Below are positions 41,862-53,097 of a stretch of 64,000 nt of DNA, in pieces. Numbering within the stretch: the stretch's first letter is position 1; the number at the start of each line of letters is the position of its first letter. Source of the DNA: an uncultured virus (IMG/VR IMGVR_UViG_2853092212_000004) (lineage: Duplodnaviria; Heunggongvirae; Uroviricota; Caudoviricetes). The stretch is from IMG/VR virus record IMGVR_UViG_2853092212_000004; one strand, given 5' to 3'. The notes below the pieces were generated by a model that was given only the letters and a program-made list of their open reading frames with translations, searched no databases and was not told where the DNA came from. The translations under genes and the position numbers were made by a program.

Positions 41862-42953
41862 CTAAGCTAAATTAATTGCAAAGTCTAAATCGACCATGCT
41901 TTGTAATATTTTCACATTAGCATTAATAAATAAACTTCTCTTAAATGTATTTTTTCTAACTTGAAGATCTGTCCAATCCTTAGCTTCAGTTGTTCCGGCT
42001 TCTATCCATGCTGCTCTTTGTACCTCAACCTTTATATCGCTTTTGTTTTCATATTCCATATCAAGTACATCTAAACTAGCCAATTTCTTGAAATACCCAT
42101 TAACAGCACTTATAAATAAAATTTGATTATCATATTTATTCTTATATCCACCACCGAGATAATCCTCTTTAAATGTAGTTGAAATATCATCTTGCATAAG
42201 ATCCATTGCTTCAACTACTTCTATCTCTTTCATATCTTCTGTAGCTGTTTTCCCATCAGTAGTAGTTAAACTATTAATTCCACGTGCAATTCTAACATCG
42301 GCACCATCATTAATTAAAATAAACTTACCTGCACCTAGAGCCTCATTTCTATCATCAATCTCTGAAACCTTACTAAGATTTGTACATTTAAAGTAATTAC
42401 AGCCTTGAGTAATATTACATTTTGCTAAAATTCCAATAAGACTTGGACAATATTTTTCTCCTGTTTGTTCACCCCTGCTATCACTAAAAGTTATCTTTGT
42501 ATTAACAAAATTAACTATATGCTTTTCATCTGGTGAAGTTACATTGTATACTACCGCTTTATAAGTTCTTTTATTAGCAACTTGCGATTTTATCCAACTT
42601 GATAAGGTTGTAAAATCTTCTGTTACACCATCTGCCATTGTTATCCATCCTGTTTTTACATTCTCGATAACAATTTTTAATGCATCAGAAATAGTTGCTG
42701 TATTCCCAATTTTCACTACACAAGCCTTATATGGGGCAAATGTAAATATATCTTTTAAATATTGTAAGTTACCTTCTGTGTATAATTCCTTATCAGTGTC
42801 TATCTCAGTTATATCGGAATATTCTTTATAATTGAACATTACACTTGTATCATCTTTAACTATTAATATTGCATAACCTCTTTCACTTCTCTCAGGAAGC
42901 GAAGCCGCTTTTTGACTGAATGATACATCAATATTTGGCATTGTAACTGTCAT
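41862..42953 (-). CDS. Tail sheath protein (XkdK-like)
   Basis: RIARGINSLTT, GYKNKYDNQ. Confidence 0.9.
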   Translation of the reverse strand: MTVTMPNIDVSFSQKAASLPERSERGYAILIVKDDTSVMFNYKEYSDITEIDTDKELYTEGNLQYLKDIFTFAPYKACVVKIGNTATISDALKIVIENVKTGWITMADGVTEDFTTLSSWIKSQVANKRTYKAVVYNVTSPDEKHIVNFVNTKITFSDSRGEQTGEKYCPSLIGILAKCNITQGCNYFKCTNLSKVSEIDDRNEALGAGKFILINDGADVRIARGINSLTTTDGKTATEDMKEIEVVEAMDLMQDDISTTFKEDYLGGGYKNKYDNQILFISAVNGYFKKLASLDVLDMEYENKSDIKVEVQRAAWIEAGTTEAKDWTDLQVRKNTFKRSLFINANVKILQSMVDLDFAINLA

Positions 42954-42963
42954 ATCATCACTC

Positions 42964-43428
42964 CTATTCTTCTAAATTTAAGTTGAAGTTTAATTCTTCT
43001 ATTGGTTCTAAGTTAGAATCATCATATATTTCCTCAAGAGAATATAAATCAAAACTGCATTGAAGTACTGTATCAACTACCTCACATTCAACTTCTCCAT
43101 CTTCAACAAGTGGCATATAGAAAGTATCAGTAACCTTTACATCTTCTAAAAATGTATTTTCCAATATATCTTGCATTTCTATGTTGTCATTTCTATATCT
43201 ATCCTTATTTTCAGCATAAAAATAAACCCTAACTGTTAGAGTTCTTTCTTTCAAATTACTATTAGACTTTCCAGTTCTAGAATTGTCAAAGATTAGTCTT
43301 ATAGATGGCCTTGGCATTCCATCTGTAAAATCTATTGCTGTAGGTTTAACTCCTTCAAATTTAGTACCTTTTAGTGCATTAATAATAGTATTATTAATTG
43401 CTGTTCTTATTTCATTCAACGTTACCAT
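42964..43428 (-). CDS. Tail terminator / neck protein
   Basis: Synteny; RPS..VRVYFY. Confidence 0.7.
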   Translation of the reverse strand: MVTLNEIRTAINNTIINALKGTKFEGVKPTAIDFTDGMPRPSIRLIFDNSRTGKSNSNLKERTLTVRVYFYAENKDRYRNDNIEMQDILENTFLEDVKVTDTFYMPLVEDGEVECEVVDTVLQCSFDLYSLEEIYDDSNLEPIEELNFNLNLEE

Positions 43429-43434
43429 ATAAAC

Positions 43435-43872
43435 TTAACCTTTCAACTTATTTACTAATAAAGTCTTTACTATTTCTTCTACAAATTCTTCATTATCTTT
43501 AAAATATTGTTCTTCAAATTCTTTCTGAGTATCTTCGAAAATATGTTTTCCATCTACCCAACCAACTTCTTTCCCATCTTTAGTTACTTGCCTATGACCT
43601 TTCTCTATTAAATGTGCATGTGGAGCTGTAGAATAAGTTCTTATAGATAGGTTACCATTATAATAATAAACCTTTCCTCGTTTAATAGATTTAAAGTATT
43701 TACCTGTTTCCTTCTTTACCTTTTGTCTTGCCTTTTTAGATGTGTTTTTTCTTAACTTAGTACCTTCTTTTCTAATAAATTTCTTAGATTCTTTAGGCAT
43801 TGTATCATTAGCAACCTCTAACATTTGCTTTTGAAATGAATCTAACTCTTTAAAATTAAAGCCATCATCCAT
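43435..43872 (-). CDS. HK97 gp10-like neck protein
   Basis: TG..KSI, PHAHLIEKGH. Confidence 0.85.
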   Translation of the reverse strand: MDDGFNFKELDSFQKQMLEVANDTMPKESKKFIRKEGTKLRKNTSKKARQKVKKETGKYFKSIKRGKVYYYNGNLSIRTYSTAPHAHLIEKGHRQVTKDGKEVGWVDGKHIFEDTQKEFEEQYFKDNEEFVEEIVKTLLVNKLKG

Positions 43873-44233
43873 CTTCTTGCACCCCCAAGTCCTTTGGGCT
43901 TTGTATAACTAACGTACACATAATCTCTATAGCATCTTTATATTTGTAATTTGGCTGAAAGAAATTAATATCATACTTTAATCCTTTATACATAAAATAC
44001 ATATCATTAGATAAATTAGGTATAGATTTATCTCTAACAGTAATTTTATGAGTTATTTTTGCATAAATAGTATCACCTTGGCCAGTTGCCAAACTTCCAC
44101 CTGTAGGAATTATTTCACTCCAAACAGATTTTATCTTATCAAAATGATAATCTTCTTCATGAAATTCATTTTCGAATTTAATTTTTCCATAAACATCTAT
44201 TCTATTATTTAATCTATCAGCTAGCTTATCCAT
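43865..44233 (-). CDS. Head closure / head-tail adaptor
   Basis: LNNRI..VWSEI..HKITVR. Confidence 0.8.
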   Translation of the reverse strand: MDKLADRLNNRIDVYGKIKFENEFHEEDYHFDKIKSVWSEIIPTGGSLATGQGDTIYAKITHKITVRDKSIPNLSNDMYFMYKGLKYDINFFQPNYKYKDAIEIMCTLVIQSPKDLGVQEDG

Positions 44234-44477
44234 CTAATCCCCCTAAGTTTTCTTGAAGTTTTATACTCAAATAAACACTATCATTATTATCATCTCTACT
44301 ATCATATAAAGTTTTAATAGCCTTTAATAATAATAACTTATGTGATGGGTTTTCATCACTATATTCTGCAAATCCATCTGTAATATACTTCTTTCCAACT
44401 TCAATGAATAGCTTAATTAATTCATCATCATCATCAAAATCTACTCTTAAAAAACTCTTTATTGTTGATAAATCCAT
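44226..44477 (-). CDS. Head-tail connector (gp6-like)
   Basis: KSFLRVDFDDDDELI..LYDSR. Confidence 0.85.
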   Translation of the reverse strand: MDLSTIKSFLRVDFDDDDELIKLFIEVGKKYITDGFAEYSDENPSHKLLLLKAIKTLYDSRDDNNDSVYLSIKLQENLGGLDG

Positions 44478-44515
44478 ATTACCTCCCCCTGAAGGAAGGG
44501 CATTAAGCCCTAAAA

Positions 44516-45691
44516 TTAAGCTGATGCTCCAACTGCTAATTCTCCATATATATAACACTTATCAGAGCTATCACATTGTACTACATCAATAAATTCAATA
44601 AGTCTCGCAATAGTAGTATTACTCATAAATCCTGCTTCACTTGAAGTTGCAAATGCTATTTGACCATTTAAATCTACAAAACATACTGCACAACTTAAAT
44701 TTCCATAAATAATAGGAGCTTTACCACTCGCAGTTGGCAACATTGTATTAGAATAAACTACTACTGGGTAACCTTTAAACAAATTTTGAGTTGGATTTGC
44801 TGGATTTGGCTGTAATATTGGTCTTCCAAAAGAATCTAAAGCAGCATCAAGAACGTCAAATCCATCTTGATTAGTAACTATAACAGTTCCAAATAATACT
44901 CCTGGATCTAAATCTTTATTTATAGATGATTTTAATGCCTTCCAATCAGCAATAGTTTTTACTGTCTTATTAGATTTTAACGCTGCTAAACCCATAGTAT
45001 TTTCTGTCACAACAGCTTTTCTTGCAAATACATCTACTACATAATTAATTAAAGCGTTGTCTGTTAGAGATAATAGTGTATTTGATAATTTTATGAATGC
45101 CGCCTTTTCTTGTAATGAGAATTTTACATTTTTAAATTTGATTTCATCCTCATCTTCTCCATCTGTACCATCAGCAAAATCTACTAATCCTGATACAGTC
45201 TCAAAGTTTTCAACCGGGAAAGATCCTGTCAATGCTCCAACAGGCATGTACCCCAATACATCTCTTAAAGATTTATATTGTCTTATCTTCTTTTGAATTA
45301 AAGTTCTTATATCCTGAGGTAATATATAGCCTTCTCCATTTGTACCTTCTGGAGTGGTTGTAGTTGGTAATATCAATGCATTTTCAGCTTCTGTTAGCTT
45401 TTTACCTGTAACCTTCTTTATCATTGCTCTTATCATATTTGCATTTTCTTTTGTTTTATTTTTAGAATCTTTTGCTGAGCCTTCTTCTGACTCTTTTTCT
45501 GCTTCTGCTTGTGCAGCTAATATTGCTTCTTCTTCTTGCTCAAGTTCCTCTTGAACTTCAATAGCAGCTTTTAATGTTCTAACCTCTTCCATCTTGTTTT
45601 TAGCATCTTCAACTTTGTTATTATCTAATAACACTTGAGCCTCATTCTTTAATTTTTCTAAGCTATTTTTCATTGCTATACTTTTTTTCAT
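44516..45691 (-). CDS. Major capsid protein, HK97 family
   Basis: Coiled-coil delta domain, GYILPQD, GRPILQP. Confidence 0.93.
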   Translation of the reverse strand: MKKSIAMKNSLEKLKNEAQVLLDNNKVEDAKNKMEEVRTLKAAIEVQEELEQEEEAILAAQAEAEKESEEGSAKDSKNKTKENANMIRAMIKKVTGKKLTEAENALILPTTTTPEGTNGEGYILPQDIRTLIQKKIRQYKSLRDVLGYMPVGALTGSFPVENFETVSGLVDFADGTDGEDEDEIKFKNVKFSLQEKAAFIKLSNTLLSLTDNALINYVVDVFARKAVVTENTMGLAALKSNKTVKTIADWKALKSSINKDLDPGVLFGTVIVTNQDGFDVLDAALDSFGRPILQPNPANPTQNLFKGYPVVVYSNTMLPTASGKAPIIYGNLSCAVCFVDLNGQIAFATSSEAGFMSNTTIARLIEFIDVVQCDSSDKCYIYGELAVGASA

Positions 45692-46435
45692 TTAATACAC
45701 TTCCTTATCTGAAATTTTTAGTACAAAAAAACTACATATCAAGCAACTCAAGCTCAATTTGTAGTTTATTTTTTAACTCACTATCTAGTTTTAGGTGTTC
45801 GTCACGATCACCTTTTTGAATTTTATCTTTTATTTCCTCTGGTATGTTTCTATAGTTTTTAAAATTATTAAAATCTATTTTGGCAACTGCTTTGTTTTCT
45901 TCAATTACCTTAACATTAAAATATTTCTCAGCTTCATTTGCTGGTAACCAAGTCTCTTTATCCATTAAATCTTTTATAGTTTCTATATCAATGCCATCTT
46001 TTAGCTTAGTTTTATATACATTTTCAATTCCTATTTGAATAGTGTCTAAATCATCAGCCATTTTTCTCATATCTGTTGAATTTCCCCATACTATGTTGCT
46101 TGGTTTATGAATCATCAGGTATGAATTGTTTGGCATTATTATTTCATCAGCTGCCATGCAAATAACACTAGCTATTGATGCTGCCATCCCATCTATATGA
46201 CATTTTTTCTTTCCAGTTGCTCTATTTAACATATTATATATAGCAAGTCCAGCAAATACAGAACCTCCACCACTATTTATATAAATATTTAAATCTTTTC
46301 CTTGTGCTTCATTAAGTGCTTCAACCACATCTTGTGGGCAAGTATCTGTATCACACCACTTTTCCCACTCATCGCCAACTATATCTCCATAAAAATATAT
46401 ATCTGCACTAGTATCTGTTGAATTTTTAACTTTTA

Positions 46436-47612
46436 TATAAATTTTAATAACTAACTGCTAATATCTTACGGGGTAAACCTACTGTATAAAATAACAAAGC
46501 TTTTTTAATTTACCCTTGTCCAAATTTAATACATCTAAATGTGACTTAACTTGTTGAATTAACTGAGAAAAAACTTCAAATACAGTATTATGAATTACAG
46601 CTTGGCGTAAATTTTTCCAAAGGTGCTCAATTGCATTTAACTCAGAACAATATGGTGGAAGGTATAAAAAAGAAATATTTTCTATACCTTTTAAGAAATC
46701 ATCTATACCTTTAAAATGATGATATCTAGCATTGTCCGCAATCAATATAACCTTTTTATTTTGATAATTTTCAGAGACCGTATTTTAAAAAAGACTTAAA
46801 ATTATCTGAATTTCCTTTATCAGAAATTTGATAGATAAGATCACCGGTCTCAGGGTTAGTAGCACCAAATACAACAGCTCTTTTTCTTGTGCCACCTGGT
46901 AAAGTTTTAACTATAGGCTGAACTCCGACTTTAGTCCAAACGGCAGTCGCAGACGGCTCTGATGTTACAATAGCTTCATCTTCATAGAGAATTACAGTAT
47001 TTTCGTCTTTTGATATTATCAAATTCGATAGTTCTTCTCTAAAATTAGTTAAAGTTTCTTTATCAATTTTATTACTTAATCTTTTAGCTCTAGTTTTTGA
47101 GTAGTTAAGTCTAGAAAATATATTATAAGCTGTACCAAGTGAAATTTTTTTATTGAAGTTTAAACTTACCCAATTGACAAGAAGTTCACCAGTCCAATTA
47201 TTATAATTGAGCCCGGAATTATAGGGTGATTCTTTTAAAATATTATCAACAATAGCGAGTTCATCGGATGTTAAAATTGTTTTCTTTGGAGGGTGTTCTA
47301 AATCTTTCAAGCCCTCTAATCCAAATTTATTATATCTATGAATAGTCGTTCTAATTGTAGCATCAGATTGTTTTAAAAGAAGAGAAATTTCAACACTAGA
47401 TTTACCTTCAAATAAATGCAAGATAGTTAATAATCTAGTTTTAATTTTGGAATTTTTCTCACTTGTATATAACGCTTTTATAGTTTCATATGATGCATGC
47501 TTTGTATTAACAGTTAATCTTTTTCTCATATGGGCCTCCTGCTTAAATATTTGATATTTTAGTATGTCCATATATGAGAAATTTAAATAGCAACCTGTAA
47601 TTAAAATTTATA
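46436..47612 (-). mobile_element. IS630-family element, 1177 bp
   Basis: IRs begin tataaattttaat; TA duplicated at 46434-35 and 47613-14. Confidence 0.93.
46479..47529 (-). CDS. IS630 transposase in two frames (46771..47529 and 46479..~46790)
   Basis: YEDEA in first frame, DNA/LPPY in second; T6A4 run at junction. Confidence 0.85.
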
Positions 47613-47625
47613 TAGATAACTTAAC

Positions 47626-48888
47626 CTACTCACTATTACCGCCACCTTTGTCGTATTGTTTTCCTAAATCTTTTAAGAAAATACTTGCGCCATTACCTAC
47701 AATTAACTGATCTGTTCCCTCTATATAAGATAAATTTTCTTTTTTTCTTACTTCAGCTATAGTCATATAAGAATTATTTATGCCTGCAACATAAGATGCT
47801 GTCCTACTAGCTAAATCGCTTCTTAAAATGCTATCAACATTAAACTGCCAGTAATAACCTTCCTTATCTTGCTCATCCTCAGTAAGTAATTTATAATCCA
47901 TTTCCTGCTCATAAGTAGTCAAAGTATTTTGCAACGTATCACTATAGAATGCTTTATTCTGTTGCTCTATGTTATTGTAAGTGCTTTTCTCCATATCATT
48001 AAGCTGAAATCCCTTGACTCCAAATGCATTAGCAATATGTCTTGTTGTTAGCCCTTGTAATTGAAAGAACTGACTATTGACTAGTTTAGTTTCTAATTGT
48101 TCAACCTTAAAATCGGTTGGAATAGGTACAACCTTACCAGCATTTTTAGCTCCACCCATATCAGCGAATTTCTTTTTGATTTTCTGTTGTTTTGCATCAT
48201 TCAAATCACCAATATATTGAACAATTATCGGGTCCATTAATCCATTTTTATATCTGTCTTTTAAGATCTTATTGGAATATTGCTCATTTGCTATTACATC
48301 AGCAATATATTTTTTAATGCTCGTGCCTTTCAACCCATCCATGCTGAAGTTTTTAAAATGCACTATATTATCACTTGTATATAGTAATTCTCCTTTTTTA
48401 CTATCTGAATATAAATAATAAACTGCATTTTTCTTATCTAATATTCCTGTATTATCTACTATAATTTGAACTCTTGTACTGTCTAACAAATATAAAGCAG
48501 TTATATTCCCCTTAATATCATTTCCCATTACCCAAAATGAATTACCATGCTCTAATCTTTGGAATTCTGTTGCCCACAAAAAATCATGTGCGTTAGTAAA
48601 TGGATTTGGTCTTTTCTTTAAAAGCTTATATAAGTTATGGTCAACTGCCTTATTTGCACCTTTTTCAGTTTCTTGCATTAACTTAATTGGTAATTTTGCA
48701 ATTGCATTGCATCTTATTTGCATACATGCATAATACGATGCACTTGTTAATTTAGAGTTAGAAATTTCTTCTATGCTTGTATGAAAAAAGCTTTCTAACT
48801 GTTCTAGCGTTGGATTAGTTCCTATTGTTTCAACTTCAGATGTTGATTGATTTTTAAAAGTATTCTTTATTTTACTTATAACTCCCAT
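47626..48888 (-). CDS. Portal protein, HK97 family
   Basis: IAKLPIK, RPN, GNSF, IANAFGV, NNIEQQ. Confidence 0.93.
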   Translation of the reverse strand: MGVISKIKNTFKNQSTSEVETIGTNPTLEQLESFFHTSIEEISNSKLTSASYYACMQIRCNAIAKLPIKLMQETEKGANKAVDHNLYKLLKKRPNPFTNAHDFLWATEFQRLEHGNSFWVMGNDIKGNITALYLLDSTRVQIIVDNTGILDKKNAVYYLYSDSKKGELLYTSDNIVHFKNFSMDGLKGTSIKKYIADVIANEQYSNKILKDRYKNGLMDPIIVQYIGDLNDAKQQKIKKKFADMGGAKNAGKVVPIPTDFKVEQLETKLVNSQFFQLQGLTTRHIANAFGVKGFQLNDMEKSTYNNIEQQNKAFYSDTLQNTLTTYEQEMDYKLLTEDEQDKEGYYWQFNVDSILRSDLASRTASYVAGINNSYMTIAEVRKKENLSYIEGTDQLIVGNGASIFLKDLGKQYDKGGGNSE

Positions 48889-48904
48889 TTGCTTTATCAC
48901 CTCC

Positions 48905-50647
48905 TTACCATTCATCTTTCTCTAGCCACTCATCTGTATCAGTTATATCTATAAATTCATGATATAGTGCTAATTTAAAGGCACATAATAAAGCATCAAC
49001 TGGGTCAATTCTTTTTGTTGTAGCATCTTTATCAATTTTTATAAGACCATTATTAGTTTTTATTACTGCATTACTCATTGCGTAATTTAATAATGGATTA
49101 TTAGTATAGATAACATTTCCACAATAAATCTGCTCTCTAAATCCTTGTGTAGATTCATTCAAGGATTTATGACTTTGGAATACTTCTTCAACTACATACC
49201 CCTCATTGCTTAAATCAATCATCATTTTACTTGCATTTGCTGGATCAAAACATAATGTTTCTATTCTCCAGTTATTTTTCTTACAAGTTTCTAATACATA
49301 ATCCATAACTTGTTGCTGATCTACTATTTCAGTATTAGTTATAGTTAAATAACCAGACCTTTCCCATGAATCATAAGGAACTTTATCTACTGCCATCCTT
49401 TCCCTTAGTTTTGTTCGATTAGGTATAAAAGAATGACTAAAACAAACGTATTTTACTATTTTCTTACCACTAGAATCTAACTCATCACTTAAAATAGGTA
49501 TAATAAAAGCCACCGAAGTTAAATCTATCTTCGCTGACATATCAAATCCAACATATACTACCCTATTTCTTAGATCATAAGGTATCTCTTTTACTTCGCA
49601 TTTCTTCCATTTAGCCATATTCATATAGCCATTTTCCTTGGCTTGCACCCATTTATTAAGGCATTTTGTTAGAAATGCAATCATCTTTTCAGGAATTTCT
49701 TTGGCGATTTTATACTCTCCACGTATTTTTTTAATACCTGCATCATATGTCATTCTAATTGGATTCGCTTTTTTCCAACTTTCCTCATCCTCAATGTCAT
49801 CATCTTCATCTATTTCACATATATCAATAAAATATTCTTCATTATCAATATCGACATTCGGATCTAGTATCTTCGAGCAATAAGTATACTCTTGAGTAAA
49901 ACATGGGTAAGTTAAATCAACTCCAGCAGTAGTAATAATCATTAATAGACTTTCTTTAGTATTACCGCCTAACCCTAGGTCATAAAACTCAGTTGTCTTG
50001 TGCTGATGATATTCATCTAATACCAGTAAAGCTGGATTGCTTCCATCCCCTTCCTTACCGTCTTGTTTGTTAAGCGGTTTTAAGCTGCTAGTAGTTTTTA
50101 CATGCTGTATACTGTTCTTTGTTATTTTAAATTTGCCTCTTAGTGGAGACCCTTTTAACATATTCTTGCACTCATTGAATATAACTTCTGATTGTTCTCT
50201 TTTTACTCCAGCACAATAACACTCATAAATTTCCTTATTCTTAGTGGCCCTCGTAGACATTTCATAGAGTGTTACTCCAGCTTCCATTTGTGACTTAGCA
50301 TTTTTTCTAGCCACTTCTATAAAAGATTTTGTAAATCTCCTTAAATACGTTTCTTTATGCTCCCATCCATAAATCTGACATAAGCAAAACTTTTGCCACG
50401 TATTTAAAGTTATAAATTGACCTGCTAATACACCTTTGCTATGCTTTAGATATCCAAACCATTTAACAATCTTATTAGCTTCTTCTTCATTCCAATAATA
50501 CTCAAATGGTGTACTTAATATATTTAATTCAGAATTTTTTATATCATTTAAAAATCTTAGACATGCCCATTTATGCTTTTGACCACTTGGGATTATATTA
50601 TTTAAACAATCATTAGAATATTTAATTAACTCTTCTTTAATAGTCAC
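48905..50647 (-). CDS. Terminase large subunit
   Basis: ARKNAKS, LDEYH, GFDMS..DLTS, IDPVDA. Confidence 0.95.
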   Translation of the reverse strand: MTIKEELIKYSNDCLNNIIPSGQKHKWACLRFLNDIKNSELNILSTPFEYYWNEEEANKIVKWFGYLKHSKGVLAGQFITLNTWQKFCLCQIYGWEHKETYLRRFTKSFIEVARKNAKSQMEAGVTLYEMSTRATKNKEIYECYCAGVKREQSEVIFNECKNMLKGSPLRGKFKITKNSIQHVKTTSSLKPLNKQDGKEGDGSNPALLVLDEYHQHKTTEFYDLGLGGNTKESLLMIITTAGVDLTYPCFTQEYTYCSKILDPNVDIDNEEYFIDICEIDEDDDIEDEESWKKANPIRMTYDAGIKKIRGEYKIAKEIPEKMIAFLTKCLNKWVQAKENGYMNMAKWKKCEVKEIPYDLRNRVVYVGFDMSAKIDLTSVAFIIPILSDELDSSGKKIVKYVCFSHSFIPNRTKLRERMAVDKVPYDSWERSGYLTITNTEIVDQQQVMDYVLETCKKNNWRIETLCFDPANASKMMIDLSNEGYVVEEVFQSHKSLNESTQGFREQIYCGNVIYTNNPLLNYAMSNAVIKTNNGLIKIDKDATTKRIDPVDALLCAFKLALYHEFIDITDTDEWLEKDEW

Positions 50648-51129
50648 TAAATATCACCGAACTCGTCTGTAATATCTTCTTGCTGCTTATTAGTTTTAAC
50701 TGTAGCAACTTTTAATCTACTATCAATAGTCATCCCACAAAGTGAAGCAAACTTTCTCATTTCTTCTGCATAATTTTTTTGAATTTTTATTAATGGATTT
50801 TCAACTGTTATAATACCTGACTTTGTCATTTTCTTTGATATTAGGGGCTTATCCTGCAATTCAGCTGTTGCTTTTAAATATAACGAATATGAATTACAAT
50901 ATCCACCTAAATTATTCAAATCTAGATTTCCAAGTATATCAATTTTATCAATCTCCTTAACAACTCTTCTAAATTCTTTTTTTGCAATATCATCGATAAG
51001 CCAAGAAGGTGCTTTTTTCAATTGCTCTTTCCCTAATACCAGCATTTCTTCTTGCTGTTCCTTCTGGATTTTTTCCTCATTAGTTAAATGCTTCTTTTGC
51101 ATTTCTAATGACTTCCTTCCCCTTGGCAT
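50647..51129 (-). CDS. Terminase small subunit, P27 family
   Basis: APSWL..AKKEF, NPL, GMTIDSR. Confidence 0.9.
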   Translation of the reverse strand: MPRGRKSLEMQKKHLTNEEKIQKEQQEEMLVLGKEQLKKAPSWLIDDIAKKEFRRVVKEIDKIDILGNLDLNNLGGYCNSYSLYLKATAELQDKPLISKKMTKSGIITVENPLIKIQKNYAEEMRKFASLCGMTIDSRLKVATVKTNKQQEDITDEFGDI

Positions 51130-51255
51130 TTTTTACACCTTCTTTCCTTTTAAATTTTACTTTTTTAATTTTTTATTGGGATTTTTGCGGAATGAAAGCT
51201 GGGGGTGCGGTCTAGAAATTTATCTTAAAAACATTTCGGGCATCCCCCTATGCTA

Positions 51256-51678
51256 TTATTCCTCTATATCAAATTCTTTTTTAAATCTATCTACTAACTC
51301 ATTTAATTCATTAATAACCTCATTATATTCACCACTCTCCATCCTATTATGGATAACTCTATGATTACTTTCCGTCAGATATATAAGATTATCTAGAGCA
51401 AATCTCTTTTCCCATTCTCTTTTAATAGGCACAATATGATGGACTGTTTGACCATACTCTAATTTATTTGAGACATAATAACTATAAATATCAATATATT
51501 CATATAACTCTTTTGCTTTATCTTTGATCTTATTCCACTGATCACTTGAGTAGAATTTCTTCTCTTTGCTATTAATTTTGTCTTTATCATATTCTTTATA
51601 TCTCTTTTGAGAGCAGTTACATTTAGATCCTGTTTGTATTCTCTTACCACACCTACTGCATCTTTTACATATCATCAC
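51256..51678 (-). CDS. Packaging-associated HNH endonuclease
   Basis: FYSSDQW, VHHIVP..NL..H..IH next to terS. Confidence 0.85.
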   Translation of the reverse strand: MMICKRCSRCGKRIQTGSKCNCSQKRYKEYDKDKINSKEKKFYSSDQWNKIKDKAKELYEYIDIYSYYVSNKLEYGQTVHHIVPIKREWEKRFALDNLIYLTESNHRVIHNRMESGEYNEVINELNELVDRFKKEFDIEE

Positions 51679-52169
51679 TCATTCCATTCTTTCATAAGTT
51701 TTTTTCTCTCATCTGCTTCCTCTTTCTTAAGCTCCAATAATGCTTTATCTATTTCGGCTCTTGTAGGGTTATCCTTCCATCGTCCTTGCTTTCTATTGAT
51801 TAGCCAGAACTTAATTGCCTGAACATCTGCTGGTATCTCTTTTGTTACTTCAACTGTACCTAAGTTTTCTTTCTGACATTTGTTGCCTCTATCGTCATAA
51901 TAAATGTCTTTTAATTTAACTGCTACAGTCTCTTTGACTTCATATCCAGTAGCCTTTTTATATAATGCATTTTCAACTTTGAAATCAGCCTGATTTTTGC
52001 CCCTTTTTAAACTTTCTAAAATGTCTAAATGATCTCTTTTATAGTTCTCTAAGGTCGCTCTACTTATGCCTAAATTATAAGCGATTTGCGTTTCAGATAA
52101 TCCCATAGACGCCCATAATTCAACGTCTGCCAGTTTTTCTTTAACTTCATTCCATTTGCTTTTTGCCAT
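51675..52169 (-). CDS. HTH phage protein (terminase-small-like)
   Basis: QIAYNLGIS, VENALYKKATGY, FWLINR. Confidence 0.7.
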   Translation of the reverse strand: MAKSKWNEVKEKLADVELWASMGLSETQIAYNLGISRATLENYKRDHLDILESLKRGKNQADFKVENALYKKATGYEVKETVAVKLKDIYYDDRGNKCQKENLGTVEVTKEIPADVQAIKFWLINRKQGRWKDNPTRAEIDKALLELKKEEADERKKLMKEWNE

Positions 52170-52445
52170 GTGAAAACACCTCCTTTCTATTTAGACAATC
52201 ATGATTTTAAATGCCTTGATTTTCGGTGTATTTCCCAACTTTTAAAACCTCACCTTTTTTTATATTTTTTATGGTCTACTGCAAATGTAGTTAAAGCATT
52301 GATAATACTAGCCTTATATCTATTTTTCTATTTATCAGTTAATAGGTAATAACATGGAGGATTACTGATATCTTTTTTAAGGTACATATATTAGTAATAA
52401 TTTTTTAAAACTATATAAAATAAGTACCAGTTTATTTTTTACGCA

Positions 52446-53096
52446 TTATATATCTTCATCAGCAATTTTAGCTGCATCCTCTTTCATCTTTTCTTTAATA
52501 CCTAGGTACCGTTTTGTTTCTTCTATTGATTGATGATTTAATGCAATTCTAACTTTTTCTAAATCTCCACCAGATCTCTCATATATTCTTGTAGCATAAG
52601 TTTTTCTAGGACTATGACCACTTATATGTTTTAGTCCAATAACTTTTCCAACCTCAGTAAGTATTAAGCTATATGATTTTTGTTCTATTGGTTCAATGCC
52701 ACTTTTAGATTTATTTGAAGGAAAAGCATATTCTGCTCTTTTTTTACCTTTGATATAGTCTCTTAAATATTTCTCTAAATTGTTGCCAATATATACTTTT
52801 CGCTTTTCAGGCTTCTTTCGGTTAGGATATCTATTTAAATTAGCGATCCATTGATTGTATTGTTTTGATTCCTGAATTAAAAAATATCCATTTTCTAGCG
52901 CATCTTTTATTTCTCCTATTGTAAGTTGAACTAAATCTTGCATTCTATAGCCTGTAGCTCTAGCCAATATAAATAATATTAAATTTCTTTCAGAATACCT
53001 TTTACTATATTCAATTAAAGCTTCCTTAAATCTCTCATACTTATTTTGTGGTATTGGTGCTGCTGTACCTTTTTCCCAATCTCTTACTCGTTCCAT
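52446..53096 (-). CDS. Tyrosine recombinase, catalytic domain only
   Basis: TGYR..D, HSPRK, LNH..T..Y. Confidence 0.9.
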   Translation of the reverse strand: MERVRDWEKGTAAPIPQNKYERFKEALIEYSKRYSERNLILFILARATGYRMQDLVQLTIGEIKDALENGYFLIQESKQYNQWIANLNRYPNRKKPEKRKVYIGNNLEKYLRDYIKGKKRAEYAFPSNKSKSGIEPIEQKSYSLILTEVGKVIGLKHISGHSPRKTYATRIYERSGGDLEKVRIALNHQSIEETKRYLGIKEKMKEDAAKIADEDI

Positions 53097-53097
53097 C

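Larger units (their letters stand above)
45732..47633 (-). pseudogene. ClpP-type head maturation protease split by IS630 at codon 7
   Basis: INSGGGSV, AASIAS, MIH, ETWL; rejoined N-terminus GTG-SRLSYL-KVKNSTDTSADIYFYGD. Confidence 0.92.

Noticed and set aside
51130..51255. cos site between HNH and terS
   Set aside because: Position and GC-rich patch are plausible, but no specific sequence can be assigned
52446..53096. Tyrosine recombinase as the prophage integrase
   Set aside because: Lacks N-terminal binding domains and lies in the late region far from att
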